From Chrysemys picta bellii (taxonomy: Eukaryota): 64,000 nt of DNA. The position numbers and the translations under genes were made by a program. Below are positions 38,561 through 50,889 of this stretch, piece by piece (positions within the stretch are counted from its first letter, which is position 1; every line of letters begins with the position of its first letter). Where the stretch lies: NCBI RefSeq assembly GCF_011386835.1, contig NC_088794.1, positions 142,662,001-142,726,000 of the forward strand, given 5' to 3'. The notes below the pieces were generated by a model. That model had not been told where the DNA came from. It did not search any database and saw only the letters and a list, made by a program, of their open reading frames with translations.

Positions 38561-40387
38561 ATAAGGAACATAAGGATGGCCACCCTGGGTCAGATCAAAG
38601 GTCCATCTAGCCCAGTATCCTGTCTTCTGACAGTGGCCAATGCCAGGTGCCCCAGAGGGAATGAACAGAGCAGAGAATCATCAAGCAATCCATCCCGTCG
38701 CCCATACCCAGCTTCTGGCAAACATAGGCTAGGGACACCATCCCTGCCCATACTGGCTAAAAGCCATTGATGGACCTATCCTCCATGAATTTATCTTGTT
38801 CTTTCTTGAACCCTGTTATAGTCTTGGCCTTGACAACTTCTTCTGGCAAGGAGTTCCACAGGTTGACCGTGTGTTGTGTGAAAAAAATACTTCCTTTTGT
38901 TTGTTTTAAACCTGCTGCCTATTAATTTAATTTGGTGACCTCTAGTTCTTGTGTTACTAGGAGTAAATAACACTTCCTTCTTTACTTTCTCCATACCAGT
39001 TGTCTTTTTTCCAAGCTGAGAAGTCCCAGTCTTATTAATCTCTCCTCATATGGCAGCCATTCCATACCCATAATCACTTTTGTTGCCCTTTTCTGAACCT
39101 TTTCCAATTCCAATATATCTTTTTTGAGACAGGGCAACCACATCTGCACACAGTAGTCAAGATGTGGGTGTACCATGGATTTATATAGAGCCATTATGAT
39201 ATTTTCTGTCTTATTATCTACCCCTTTCTTAATGATTCCCAACATTCTGTTTGCTTTTTTGACTGCTGCTGCACACTGAGTGGATGTTTTCAGAGAACTA
39301 TCCACGATGACGCCAAGATCTCTTTCTTGAGTGGTAACAGCTAATTTAGACCCCATCATTTTATTTATATAGTTGGGATGTTTTCCCAATGTGCATTACC
39401 TTGCATTTATCAACATTGAATTTCATCTGCCATTTTGTTGCCCCGTCACCCAGTTCTGAGAGATCCTTTTGTAGCTCTTTGCAGTCTGCCTGGGACTTAA
39501 CTATCTTGAGTAGTTTTGTAGCATCTGCAAATTTTGCCACCTCACTGTTTACCCCTTTTTCCAGATCACTTATGAATATGTTGAAAAGGACTGGGCCCAG
39601 TACAGACTCCTAGGGGACACCACTATTCACCTCTCTCCATTCTGAAAATGGACTATTTATTCCTACCCTGTGTTTCCTATCTATGAGAGCACCATCCCTC
39701 TCATGGCATGACTGCTTACTTTGCTTAAGAGCCTTTGCTGAGGGAACTTGTCAAAGGCTTTCTGAAAATCTAAATACACTATATCCACTGGATCCCCCTT
39801 GTCCACATGCTTGTTGACCCCTTCGAAGAATTCTAGTAGATTAGTGAGGCATAATTTCCCTTTACAAAAACCATGTTGACTATTCCCCAACAAATTATGT
39901 CCATCTACGTGTCTGACAATTTTGTTCTTTACTATAGTTTCAACCAGTTAGCCTGATATTGAAGTCAGGTTTACCAGCCTGTAATTGCCAGGGTCACCTC
40001 TGGAGCCCTTTTTAAAAATTGGCATCACATTAGCTATCCTCCAGTCATTTGATACAAAAGCTAATTTAAATGATAGGTTACAGACTACAGTTAGTAGTCC
40101 TGCAATTTCATATTTGAATTCCTTCAGAACTCTTGGATGTATACCATCTAGTGCTGGTGTCTTATTACTGTTTAGTTTATCAATCTGTTCGAAAACCTCC
40201 TGTAATGACACCTTAATCTGGGACAGTTCCTCAAATTTGTCACCTAAAAAGAATGGCTCAGGTTTGGGAATCTCCCTCGCATCCTCAATCGTGAAGACCA
40301 ATGCAAAGAATTCATTTAGTTTCTCCGCAATGGCCCTATCATCCTTGATTGCTCCTTTATCATCTTGATCGTCCAGTGGCCCCACTG
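38561..40387 (-). mobile_element. CR1 LINE, 5'-truncated, decayed ORF2 RT
   Basis: KGSRGDPGNYRLVNLTS, SQHGFCKGKLCLTNLLEFFE, VYLDFQKAFD, ERDLGVIVDSSL; 3' end at 38561. Confidence 0.95.
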
Positions 40388-42634
40388 AAATGTTTATTGT
40401 AAGCACACAGGAGTATTTATGATTAAAAACTTTCATTAGATTTATTATTCTCTCATTTTTCAAGAAAATACTTCTATCGTTTTTGGTCAAATTTGACTCC
40501 AAGTTTAGTTTTGGTAAAACTATTTTTACAAAACCTGAGTTTTCCTTGAATACTACTAGAGAGAACTTATATAGTCATTTTCCACTGAAGATTTCAACAA
40601 TCAATTTAAATACCCGTTAAAAAGTATTGTTGATATATCAACCAAAAAACAAGGCAGAAAACATCCTTTTTAATGAAGACCTCATAAAACACTAATACAT
40701 GTTGGAATAACTAGTTTCTATACACCAACAACTGTAAAAGAACAATAAGGGACCTGATAAAATACATGTTAAATAAGTTACAAATATCTGCCAAAACAGC
40801 GATCTACATTGCCAGTTTACTGGATGAGAAATTTTAGAATTATTTTTGGACTGTATGCTATTTAGGGCAGAGATTCTTCCAACTGGGCAGTACAGTTGTC
40901 CAATAGCACTTCTCACCCTTCCCTGCATTTTGGTTCCCCCTCCTTTTAAATGTTCTTGCTAGTCTTATGATTTCAAGAATTTACCCCCTTATCTTGAATG
41001 CTTATGAAATCCCCTCCTACCTATACCACAACGTTACTCAGAGAAGCCATGGAAAGACAATCTCCCTATGCAGCCGAGACACGCATTGTCTAGGTATCAT
41101 GAAATACAGCAACACTTGTTGGACTGCATTTCATGGACCTACAGCCCAACAAACATTCTCAGCCACCAACATCCTTTCAGGCACTATACTACATTTACAG
41201 AGGCTTTACACTTTGTACACTGGACTTACTACAGTGATGGGCACTTTACTGAAGGGACAGACAACTTAAACTTGACAGAAGTGAGATTTTTGACACCTAA
41301 TATTATTATATCTGAAAGATGTTGGAGAAAAAACATTTTTAAAAATGTGAAGATGTGATCATAAAACCACAAAAATCTGCAAGAGAACAGAGGGACTTTT
41401 GCATATGAAAAATAAACCAGCTTTCAAGTTGACCGCCTCCATTTAAAGCACTGATATGACGATTTCAGTGAACCCTGGACTAAATTGCCAGGGCCACACA
41501 TAACATGGCAGGAGCTGCACAAGCTTCCCTACACAGCTCTGCCAAAGCACTACCATCTTGACCTAAGGCATCTTTGTTATTCAAGTGATTGGTCTCTATA
41601 AAACAGCAACTCATGCCAAAGTGAACATTTTTATGGTGTGGATCAACAGAGCCTAGGATCAAGGATGGAACTAAACTTATTCTCATTTGTGACCCAAATA
41701 GCATTTGAACCCAAATTTCCACAAATAAAAACCTAGGGCAGTAAACCACTGAATTAAACAATAGTCGGATTCATTTTATAAAAAGAATGAACATTTGTTA
41801 CAAATACTGTATGTTCAGTTGTAATAAGACTGTACTTCCCAAGATGTTAGAAGGCACTTAAAATGTCACAAAATAATTAAATAAAAGTTATGGACACACC
41901 TTTGTTTTACCCAAATCTTACACAATTTTTGCTGAGTTGATAAACTCAAAAAATCTTATGACATTAGAATAGGCCTGATTTTGACATTCACAATACTGCA
42001 AAATAATTAATCATGGTTATTATAGTTACATAAAGTTTATATTTAATTCATCTTTGGGAAGCAGATGCTTAATCTGAATTCCACTAAAATGGCAAAGTGT
42101 AATAAGATCTCTCTTTTATTGACAGCTGCAGTCTAAAACATATAAGTTGCATAAGTTTACAAATTAAACCACACCCAACTGAAATCTTTAAGAAGTATTT
42201 TGGGGCCATTAAAGTATTTTGGGGTATTAAAAGGCTGGTCTCAGCAAGAACGTGACTCAGTTTAACTGTGTTTAAACTATACTCTAGGTAAGAAACAACC
42301 AGCTTGATTTCACCGGGGGGGGGGGGGGGGGGGGGGGAACGAATCTTTGTATAATATACTGCTTGTAATGGAATTTGCATCAAACTATCAAGTGAATGCC
42401 TGTTCAGACATGTTAACTTCAACCAACTCTCACCAATCCCGTGATATCTCCAGCCTCCTCTGAGTTTTTCCACTGAAACATCTCTACAAACCTTGCCATA
42501 GAAAGTTCAGTAAATACTTTATGTTTTCCATATATTCACTTTTTAAAAAAGAATAAAAGCACTGAATACCGACCATGAAAAACTAAAATTTACCAGATAA
42601 GCTTAGTCCTCTGGAAAGTAATTAGCAAGAGTTA

Positions 42635-42868
42635 GGCCTTGTCTACATTAGAAAGGGTTTGCCAGTATAGCTATATAGATCAGAAGCATCTTATACCAGC
42701 AAAAGTGTTCTCACTCCCCCCCCCCCAAAGTTATATTAAGAAAAGGACTTTTTTTTTCTAGTCTAACTGCATCTACCCTGGGGCTTTTGCCAACACAACT
42801 GTGTTGGCTAGGGGTCTGATTTTTTCCCGTCCACTAGCTATGCCAGCAAAACTGAGTGTAGACTAGGA
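42635..42868. mobile_element. PIF/Harbinger-type MITE
   Basis: Termini GGCCTTGTCTACATT / AGTGTAGACTAGG. Confidence 0.55.
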
Positions 42869-44099
42869 CTTGGATACAAGGGGGCAGGTGAGAGGAGACC
42901 CCATAAAGCGAGAGAGATTCAGGAGCAAAACACTTGAGATGCCCAAACCCTACTGCAGGGAAGGATGCTGAAATTTCTACCAAAATGTTTTTCCTTCTTC
43001 AAGAGTTCCATCTTTATGGATGCTGACAGAAAGAATCTAATACTAAATATGAAGCTCCTATCCCCCCGCCTCATTCCAACTGTTGGAAGGGAACAGGAGC
43101 TTAAAGAAGGGTGTCTGGTACTTCACATCTTCCCCAACCCCAATTTTCTCACTCCTCTTTCCTCTGAATAACTCTCCAGTTCTTGCCTCTGCTGCTGTTC
43201 ATAACTTTCCCAAGCAGGAGAAGGAATGTGAAACTGACACAGAAAGAACTGTGTGAAACTGACAATTCTTGATAGTTGCTTCCCCCAGGTTTCAACAGCA
43301 GTGAAACTTGTTAGTTTCACATTACAAAGGCTTGGCAAAGTCTGGAGCAGCAGCAGCACAGGAACAATTTTTCTGAAGACCCAAAAAAATACTGCACTGG
43401 TCCACATTTGGAAGGCCCTCTCTCACAGTCATAAGATATAAAACATTATTTTATAAATGGAAGCTTAAATTCTGAAAACACTGATGACTTAGGCCCCACA
43501 CATGCCAGGGAAATCTGCCCCCTCATCACTGGTGAATGGCATGTAGAACTTGAAGCCTTACTGCCCTCAATGTCTTTCCTTTTAAGATAGGTATCTACTT
43601 CAAAGAATAACTCCTTTGTATGAAATAATGAGCCCTAAATCGTAATGTTATCACAATAGTGATTCTCAACAAGCAACAGGCTTTCTAACTTGTCAAAGGA
43701 CACACCAACCCTAAAACTAGTCCCTGGTAAGCAAGACAGCAAAATTGAGGGGCCCTTATTGTTCACCAGTATGTATGTCAAAAAAATGCTTATCAAATCA
43801 GTTCTTTCAAAACTATTAATTTGCAGCACATCCTAAACACATCTCTGGCTAGTACAGTTCATGTTAGCTGCAGAAAAAAAAAAATTCTCAGCCCACATCT
43901 CTGACATTTAAAAAACCCAAACCAGCCAAGATTACCAAGTACGTCAATGGGCAATAGTTTTACAAGGGGCCTAATCTCTCCCACCCACTCTTAACATGGG
44001 AAATGTTGACAGCACATGCTTCATCTTTGTAACCTTTGCTTTGGTTCTCAAAATTGTTTTTAAAGACCTTAATATGTAATTCAAACTTGAAATGTGTTT

Positions 44100-45340
44100 C
44101 GATGGTTCGCCTAGGGAGGCGAGCCTGGAGGCGGCGGCTGCTATAAAAATAAGAAATCACTATCTGGGAGTGTTTGTGCAGCGACCCTTGGTGGGGTGGG
44201 GTGCTTTATAAATAGATGTGTTTCTTAATGGTGCCCTGCCCCAAGTGCTTTGGCGGCGGCGTGTGTGGGGGGTGTTTATAAGCATTATTAATGGAGCTCG
44301 GCGGGCTAGGGGCGCTGCTGGATGGTTACTTGCAGCAGACCCGGAGCCGCTCTCACCCAGGGGAGCGGAAGGGGGGCTGTCACCCCGCTATTCCCTACTC
44401 CGCAATGCGGGGCTGGACCCCTGGGGACAAGCCCCTGGTCACCTTCGGCCCCTTGAGTGCAGCATCCCAGGCTGGGACAGACTCGCTCGCAGAGACCGCC
44501 GCGGTGCTGGCTGCTGCCCGGGATGGCAGGTCCGGGGGGAGGGGGAGTCACACTCCCCTCCCGCCTCTCTCCGTAACCCCGCGCGGGCCGCCCCCGCTTG
44601 TTTACAGGCCCCGGGGCCCAGGCGGCGGCGCGGCCCTCAGCGCCCTAGCGTACTCCGCCCCGCCGCCTCCCGCTCGGCCCGCCTGGCCCGCCTCCCCACT
44701 CGAGCCCCGCACTGCGCAGCAGCACTTACTTACCCCGCGGCGGCGGCGGCCAAAGGCACCGGCTCTCCGGGGAGCGGAGGGAGGGCAGGGCCGCGCTCTG
44801 CGCTCCGAGGGGGCCGGCGTAGGGAGGGATCCGCGGCGGGGCTGGGCCGGCGGGCCGGCGGCCTCGCTTCAGTTCATTCACAGGCAGCTGCGGAGAGCGG
44901 CTCTCTGGCCAGGGGGAACCAAGAGCTCATCCCCCCTCCTCCCGCCCCCACCCCGCTCGCTCTCGCCCTCGCCCTGCTTCGAGCCCAGCACCGCCCGCCG
45001 CCGACTCGCGCAGCGCCACAGACCCCGCTCCCCTCCCTGAGCGGCACACGCGCGCTCCCGAGCCGCCGCTCTCTCTCTCTCCTTCCACCCCGCTGTGTGC
45101 GGCGCGCGCGCTCCCTGCCGTCCCTTCGCCAGCGCGCGCGCTCCCTCCCTCCTCTCTCAAGCCTGGGCCCAGGACAGCTGCGAGTACTGCTGGTACAGCC
45201 GCCGCCTCCGGCGCAGCGTAAAGAGCCCGGATGTTGGTTGAGCTCGGAGAACTGCAAGGGGGGAGGGGGAGAAGACTGTTGAGCTATTACATCACCTCCC
45301 GGCTCCCTACTGCGCATGAGCTGCCCGGGGTTCTGGCGGG
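44100..45340. promoter_or_regulatory. CpG island / PPM1A promoter
   Basis: Sharp rise in GC and CpG against an AT-rich background; many GC boxes; NRF1-like TGCGCATG near 45311-45318. Confidence 0.85.
44734..45290 (-). other. PPM1A: Predicted PPM1A non-coding exon 1 (5' UTR); 5' boundary approximate
   Basis: GC-rich stretch ending GCCGCCGCGGG|GTAAGTAAGT, a consensus donor on the PPM1A strand inside the only CpG island upstream of exon 2. The TSS is inferred. Confidence 0.7.
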
Positions 45341-45347
45341 GAGGGTA

Positions 45348-45373
45348 GTGTGTGTGTGTGTGTGAGAGAGAGA
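45348..45373. repeat. (GT)n(GA)n microsatellite in the promoter
   Basis: Seen directly. Confidence 0.9.
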
Positions 45374-45522
45374 GACGCTGAGGAGGGGGGGATGGGCGGT
45401 ATACCCGCCCAGCTCACTGGGGGGAGAGACAGCAGCACTATCCTGTGTGGGGCACCAGCCAGGACACAGAACCCCCCACATGCTCTCAGGCGGGAAATGG
45501 GGGAGAGATACTGTACAGAGAC

Positions 45523-45526
<4 letters not shown>

Positions 45527-45564
<38 letters not shown>

Positions 45565-45568
45565 ACAC
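45527..45568. repeat. (CA)n microsatellite upstream of the promoter
   Basis: About 20 CA units with one interruption. Confidence 0.95.
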
Positions 45569-46004
45569 AACCCCAAGGGGATCGGTGACCTATGCTGCTG
45601 TGTGGTGTACAGGGGATCTAACCAGCTCAGACTGATATGATCAAGATACTCGCCTGCTCCGAGGCCGTGGCTGGGGACTGAGCGTAACATGCATGGGGAA
45701 ACCGTTTCTCAGTCCCCAGAGAGGAAAAGACACTGTACCACACAGCAAAATATACTCCTTGCTCACTACATACGCCATCCCCACAGGGGAGGTACTCTGC
45801 AACGTACACAACAATTATACATGCACCCACACACGCACACCATTCCCAGTAACAACCCCTGCACACAAGCATGCCTTCCCCCTCCCCCACACCGCTCACA
45901 GTAACATCTCCCTGAGATAAAATATACAATCCCCCCCCCCCAACAGGGCTAACAAACGAATGTGGTCTCAGGTGGCCCTACCCGCCCGAGGCTCATGTGA
46001 GAGA

Positions 46005-47033
46005 TGTCAGAATTGCAGGGAGGAGCTTAAAAGGGAGAAATCCAGCTCCAACTAGCTTGGAGAGTAGGTCCTGAGTTCATCCAGTTGTACTTCGTCTCTG
46101 ACTATGAGCCCACAACTGAGGACTTCTGCATGAAGATTTGCAGCATTGATGGGACCCCGACCCAGCTAGACTTCCTGGACATGGCAGAGCATGGGGAGTT
46201 TGGGGGTCTGCAGGAGCATTACATATGCCTATGCTCATTTATGCCATCAGTGACCACAGCAGCTTCAATGAGATCAGCAAGTTCCACACCCAAACCTTGC
46301 AGATCAAAGACCAGGATTAGTTTCCCATGATCCTTGTGGGCAACGAGGCCAACCTGGACCTACAGCAGCAGGTGCCCAAAGAGGAGGCATTGGACTTCGA
46401 CCAGGAGAATTGCATCCCCCTACACGGAGGGTACTGCCTCAACATGGATGAGTCCTTCCACAAGGTCTTCAGAGCCCTCCAGAGGTTCCAGGAGCTCTAG
46501 AACCCCCCGTCCTCACAGTGCACCCCTCCAAATAGAGTCTGAGAGCTGCCCCTGCTGCATCCTGTATGGAGGGGGGTCCTCCTCCCCCACGACCTCTTCA
46601 CCCCAACACTGTGGAGGAAGAGGGAAGCCCATCCTGGATTCTCCTGGTGGCTGGGGGGCCAATGGGAGAGGGATGAAATATTCTATAGCAGATGATGGGA
46701 GCCCAGGTAATATTTTGGGATGAATCAAGGCAAGGATTCCTCAGGCAATTGATGCACAGCAACCCTGGAGGGAGGATGAATCAACTGAACCAACTTGTAT
46801 TGGAAAAGCACCTTTACCTTAGCTAGGGAACCTAGTTAGGCCCACAGCTTTACAGAAGTATTCTGAGGGAAGAGAGGGAGGCATTCTGGAAGGGGTGGAC
46901 TATCTGGGATCAGCCAGAGGGATTGGACTGGTGTGTTGAAACCCTTGGTCACTGCAGAGCAGAGGCCTAAAGGAGTGCTGGGACCCAGTTTAGGACCTAC
47001 GGGGTGCCCTAGTATGTAGAAACATCAGTGACA
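46005..47033 (+). mobile_element. Putative 5' LTR of the Gypsy element (left boundary uncertain)
   Basis: Ends GTGACA followed by a TGGTGCAGAC primer-binding-site-like motif at 47037. Candidate start TGTCA at 46005 and TATA-like CTTAAAAGGG at ~46026. No 3' LTR to confirm. Confidence 0.45.
46073..46569 (+). pseudogene. RRAS: Processed RRAS pseudogene (5'-truncated, stop and frameshifts)
   Basis: [91 protein letters not shown]; ends CPCCIL. KICS-DG and CPC favour RRAS over RRAS2. No introns. Confidence 0.85.
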
Positions 47034-48342
47034 AAATGGTGCAGACTGCAGGCATGACCTTCCCACCCCTGGAGAAGTGGGAAGACTGATTGACCCGGAC
47101 TGTTGAACAACCTAGGCCTAAGGGTATGGTTTGGTAAGACGATGGCTACATGGACCTAGAGCATTTTCTGTAGTGGATGACTGAGGACCCAGCCCCATGT
47201 GATGACAATGGTTAAAGCCCGAGACTCAGACTGGACTCAAGGTGTCCAAACTCATCTTGGTGAAGCATTTTGCCCACATACTCCTGGCTGGGGATAGAGA
47301 CTGGGTACTCAGACACTGTCCCGAGACACTAGCCAATGTAGTCTGGCTTATAAAAAACTATCTAGCTGCTGAAATGGCTTTGGATGTGTCATGCCAGAGA
47401 CCACCTGAAGCCAACGGGGTCCCTCTATTCAAAGGAGAACCTAGTTGGGGCAATTTGAAGACTGATGGTCCAGTGTTGGGCACAGAAGTGCCAATCCCTA
47501 GGGGACCCAGTAGGGCGCAGGGCCCTGGATTGGTTCCCTGTGGAAAACCCCAGCCCAGACAAAGGCTTCTAGGACTACGCCATCTCTCAACCAGGGGGCG
47601 GGAGCAGACAAGTCACAAAGGAAGGGGTCACCTTGAATATTAGGCACAAGGCTGGAGCCCAGCTGGGGGAGTTTGCTTCTTGTGTGGGTGCACAGGACAC
47701 TTGTCTCGCTCTTGGCCACATGTGGAGTGTGATTATGGACAGATGTGGATGGTGGAAAGTCAAACCCATAAGCAGACCCTGGCTAAACTAACTATCCCTA
47801 TTTGGATAAATGGGACAGAGATGACAGGCCTGGTGGATTCGGGGCATGATCAACCCCTGATTTGGGACTTAGTTTCCCTCAGGGCTATGAGGTTTGGGAC
47901 CATCTTTCTACAATGTATTCTTGGGAACTTGAAACCTTATCCCAGTGCCCACATGCAATTGACAGCAAACATGAAGTCCCTTGTAGTGGAGCTGCCCCCA
48001 AATGCTAGTCTATGCCATTATCTTGGGATGGAATTTGGAGCATTTCTCAGAGGTACTGGGAGAATTTAAGCCCCCGGAGGGGTAAACTGAGGAGACTCTG
48101 GGAAGGGAACCTGGATATTGGTAGGTATAGGTGAGGAGCTGGACCCTGAAGAGGTGGGGTCCAGCCCAGCAGAATCTCCCACAGAGGTTCTCCCTAATAA
48201 TGAAACAATATTGGTTCCCCCTATTGGACCCTGAAAGGGGAGGGCATCATAACTAGAGGGACTGACTTCATGAGGGATCAGAGGGAGGACAAAACCCTGA
48301 GCTGAGCCTATGACCAGCTCTCAGTAGTCAATGGTGAGGTAA

Positions 48343-50889
48343 CACTGGTCTACATTTTTGAGAAGTCGTCTGCTTCAGAGATAAAATGTGCTATTTATTA
48401 TGTATTTTGATGTGCTGAATTCAAATATGACAATTAAAACAACTGATTGGCTACTGTTTCTAAGATATTTAAGTTTTTACATTTTATGTCTATGTATATT
48501 GTGTAGATAGTAAGAGTTTTAATCATAAATTGTAAACCTAGGTCTTTTCATGTGTTTATGGTTGCCTTACATGATAATATTTCACCTGTCCTGTTTATGT
48601 AACACTTTAAAAATCAGCAAAAGGGTTATATAAATAAAATTTATTATGAAACAAAAGGCAAAAAACTATAATGTACATAGTTTAGTCCTATTCAGTGTCT
48701 ACTCGGCGCTTCTTGGCTTGTCTCTTGTATTCATTAAATGGAGCATCTCTTGTCACTGTCCAGCAATAGTCTGCAAGCATTGATGGGCTCCATTTGCCCT
48801 GATAGCGTTTCTCCATTGTTGCAATGTCCTGGTGAAATCGCTCGCCGTGCTCGTTGCTCACTGCTCCGCAGTTCGGTGGAAAAAAATCTAGATGAGAGTG
48901 CAAAAAATGTATCTTTAGTGACATTGCAACCAAGGCTTTTGTATGCCTTGAGGAGGTTTTCCACCAACAACCTGTAGTTGTCTGCCTTGTTGTTTCCGAG
49001 AAAGTGTATTGCCACTAACTGGAAGGCTTTCCATGCCGTCTTTTCCTTGCCACGCAGTGCATGGTCAAATGCATCATCTCGAAAAAGTTCATGAATCTGA
49101 GGACCAACAAAGACACCTTCCTTTATCTTAGCTTCACTTAACCTTGGAAATTTTCCACGGAGGTACTTGAAAGCTGCTTGTGTTTTGTCAATGGCCTTGA
49201 CAAAGTTCTTCATCAGACCCAGCTTGATGTGTAAGGGTGGTAACAAAATCTTCCTTGATTCAACAAGTGGTGGATGCTGAACACTTTTCCTCCCAGGCTC
49301 CAATGGCTGTCGGAGTGGCCAATCTTTCTTGATGTAGTGGGAATCTCTTGCACGACTATCCCATTCGCAGAGAAAACAGCAGTACTTTGTGTATCCAGTC
49401 TGCAGACCAAGCAAGAGAGCAACAACCTTCAAATCGCCACAAAGCTGCCACTGATGTTGGTCATAGTTTATGCACCTCAAAAGTTGTTTCATGTTGTCAT
49501 AGGTTTCCTTCGTATGGACTGCATGACCAACTGGAATTGATGGCAAAACATTGCCATTATGCAGTAAAACAGATTTAAGACTCGTCTTCGATGAATCAAT
49601 GAACAGTCTCCACTCATCTGGATCGTGAACGATGTTGAGGGCTGCCATCACACCATCGATGTTGTTGCAGGCTACAAGATAACCTTCCATGAAGAAAAAT
49701 GGGACAAGATCCTTTTGACGGTCACGGAACATGGAAACCCTAACATCACCTGCCAGGAGATTCCACTGCTGTAGTCTGGAGCCCAACAACTCTGCCTTAC
49801 TCTTGGGTAGTTCCAAATCCCTGACAAGGTCATTCAGTTCACCTTGTGTTATGAGGTGTGGTTCAGAGGAGGAGGATGGGAGAAAATGTGGGTCCTGTGA
49901 CATTGATGGTTCAGGACCAGAAGTTTCATCCTCTTCCTCGTCTGACTCAAGTGAGAATGATTCTGGTGCATCAGGAACCGGCAGTCCTTCTCCGTGGGGT
50001 ACTGGGCGTATAGCTGATGGAATGTTTGGATAATGCACAGTCCACTTTTTCTTCTTTGACACACCTTTCCCAACTGGAGAAGTAACACCATGCAGAAGTA
50101 ACAATTGCTGGTATGATCTGTTGGCTCTCTCCAAATCATTGGCACTGCAAAAGGCATAGATTTCCTTTTCCTGTTCAACCACTGGCGAAGATTTGTTGCT
50201 CAAGTGTTGCAGCATATGTGTGGGGCCCACCTCTTGTCCTGATCTCCAATTTTGCAGCCAAAATAAAGGTGATAGGCTTTCTTAACCATAGTGGTTATAC
50301 TGCGCTTTTGTGATGCAAAAGTCACTTCACCACAAACATAGCAGAAGTTATCTGCACTGTTCACACAAGCACGAGGCATCTCTGCTCACTTTGGCTAAAC
50401 AGAAATGTGTCCCTTTGCAAAATCAAACACTGACAAATAAGAGAGCACGACACTGTATGATTTCTAGAGCTGATATAGGGCAATTTGTTCAGCAGAGTGA
50501 TGTAAGCTTCATTATGATTGCATCATCCATGACTTCTAGGAATAACATGATGCAATTCATATCATGTATGACGCAATACCAGCTTCAGATTGCATCATTC
50601 ATTGTTTTGCCTAAAAAGCAAGTACTGTCCAAACCCAGTCATAGATTTATTCATAGATCCAGTCAAAGATGTATTTTAGTCATTTCTGATTTAAATTGAG
50701 ATCCCTTTCCTTTATAACTCACTTATCCTCCGCCATTCCCAAGTCAAGGGTCATATATACAGACCCAATAGCATATCTTGAAAACTAGAGCCAATCAACA
50801 ATTTTAAGCATCATTTTCGTTCTCAGTGACCCAGAATTAGTAAAGTTTGACTACATTTATTTCAGAAGCATTTTGGCTGTAGAGCAGTG
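48343..50889 (-). mobile_element. Full-length Chapaev3 (CMC superfamily) DNA transposon, 2547 bp
   Basis: TIR CACTGGTCTACA / TGTAGAGCAGTG; TSD TAA at 48340-48342 and 50890-50892; the Gypsy sequence rejoins across the site (GGTGAGG-TAA-TAGGCCC). Family assignment is from recalled transposase motifs and termini. Confidence 0.8.
48688..50379 (-). pseudogene. Chapaev3 transposase with one nonsense codon and two frameshifts
   Basis: ATG at 50379 (MPRACVNSADNFCYVCGE); TGA at 50200-50202; frameshift ~50085; WRLFIDSSK, CGDLKV, CCFLCEWDSR, LPPLHIKLGLMKNFVKA; frameshift ~48935; SLKIHFLHSHLDFFP, EHGERFHQDI; stop at 48688. Confidence 0.82.

Noticed and set aside
40967-41358. Two overlapping ~100-aa plus-strand ORFs
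   Set aside because: No recognisable motif or splice structure; probably chance or an old repeat.
42315-42337. Long poly-G run (also poly-C near 24328)
   Set aside because: Simple homopolymers whose length is prone to sequencing error.
44218-45317. 354-aa, 249-aa and 147-aa ORFs over the CpG island
   Set aside because: Expected by chance at very high GC; no domain similarity.
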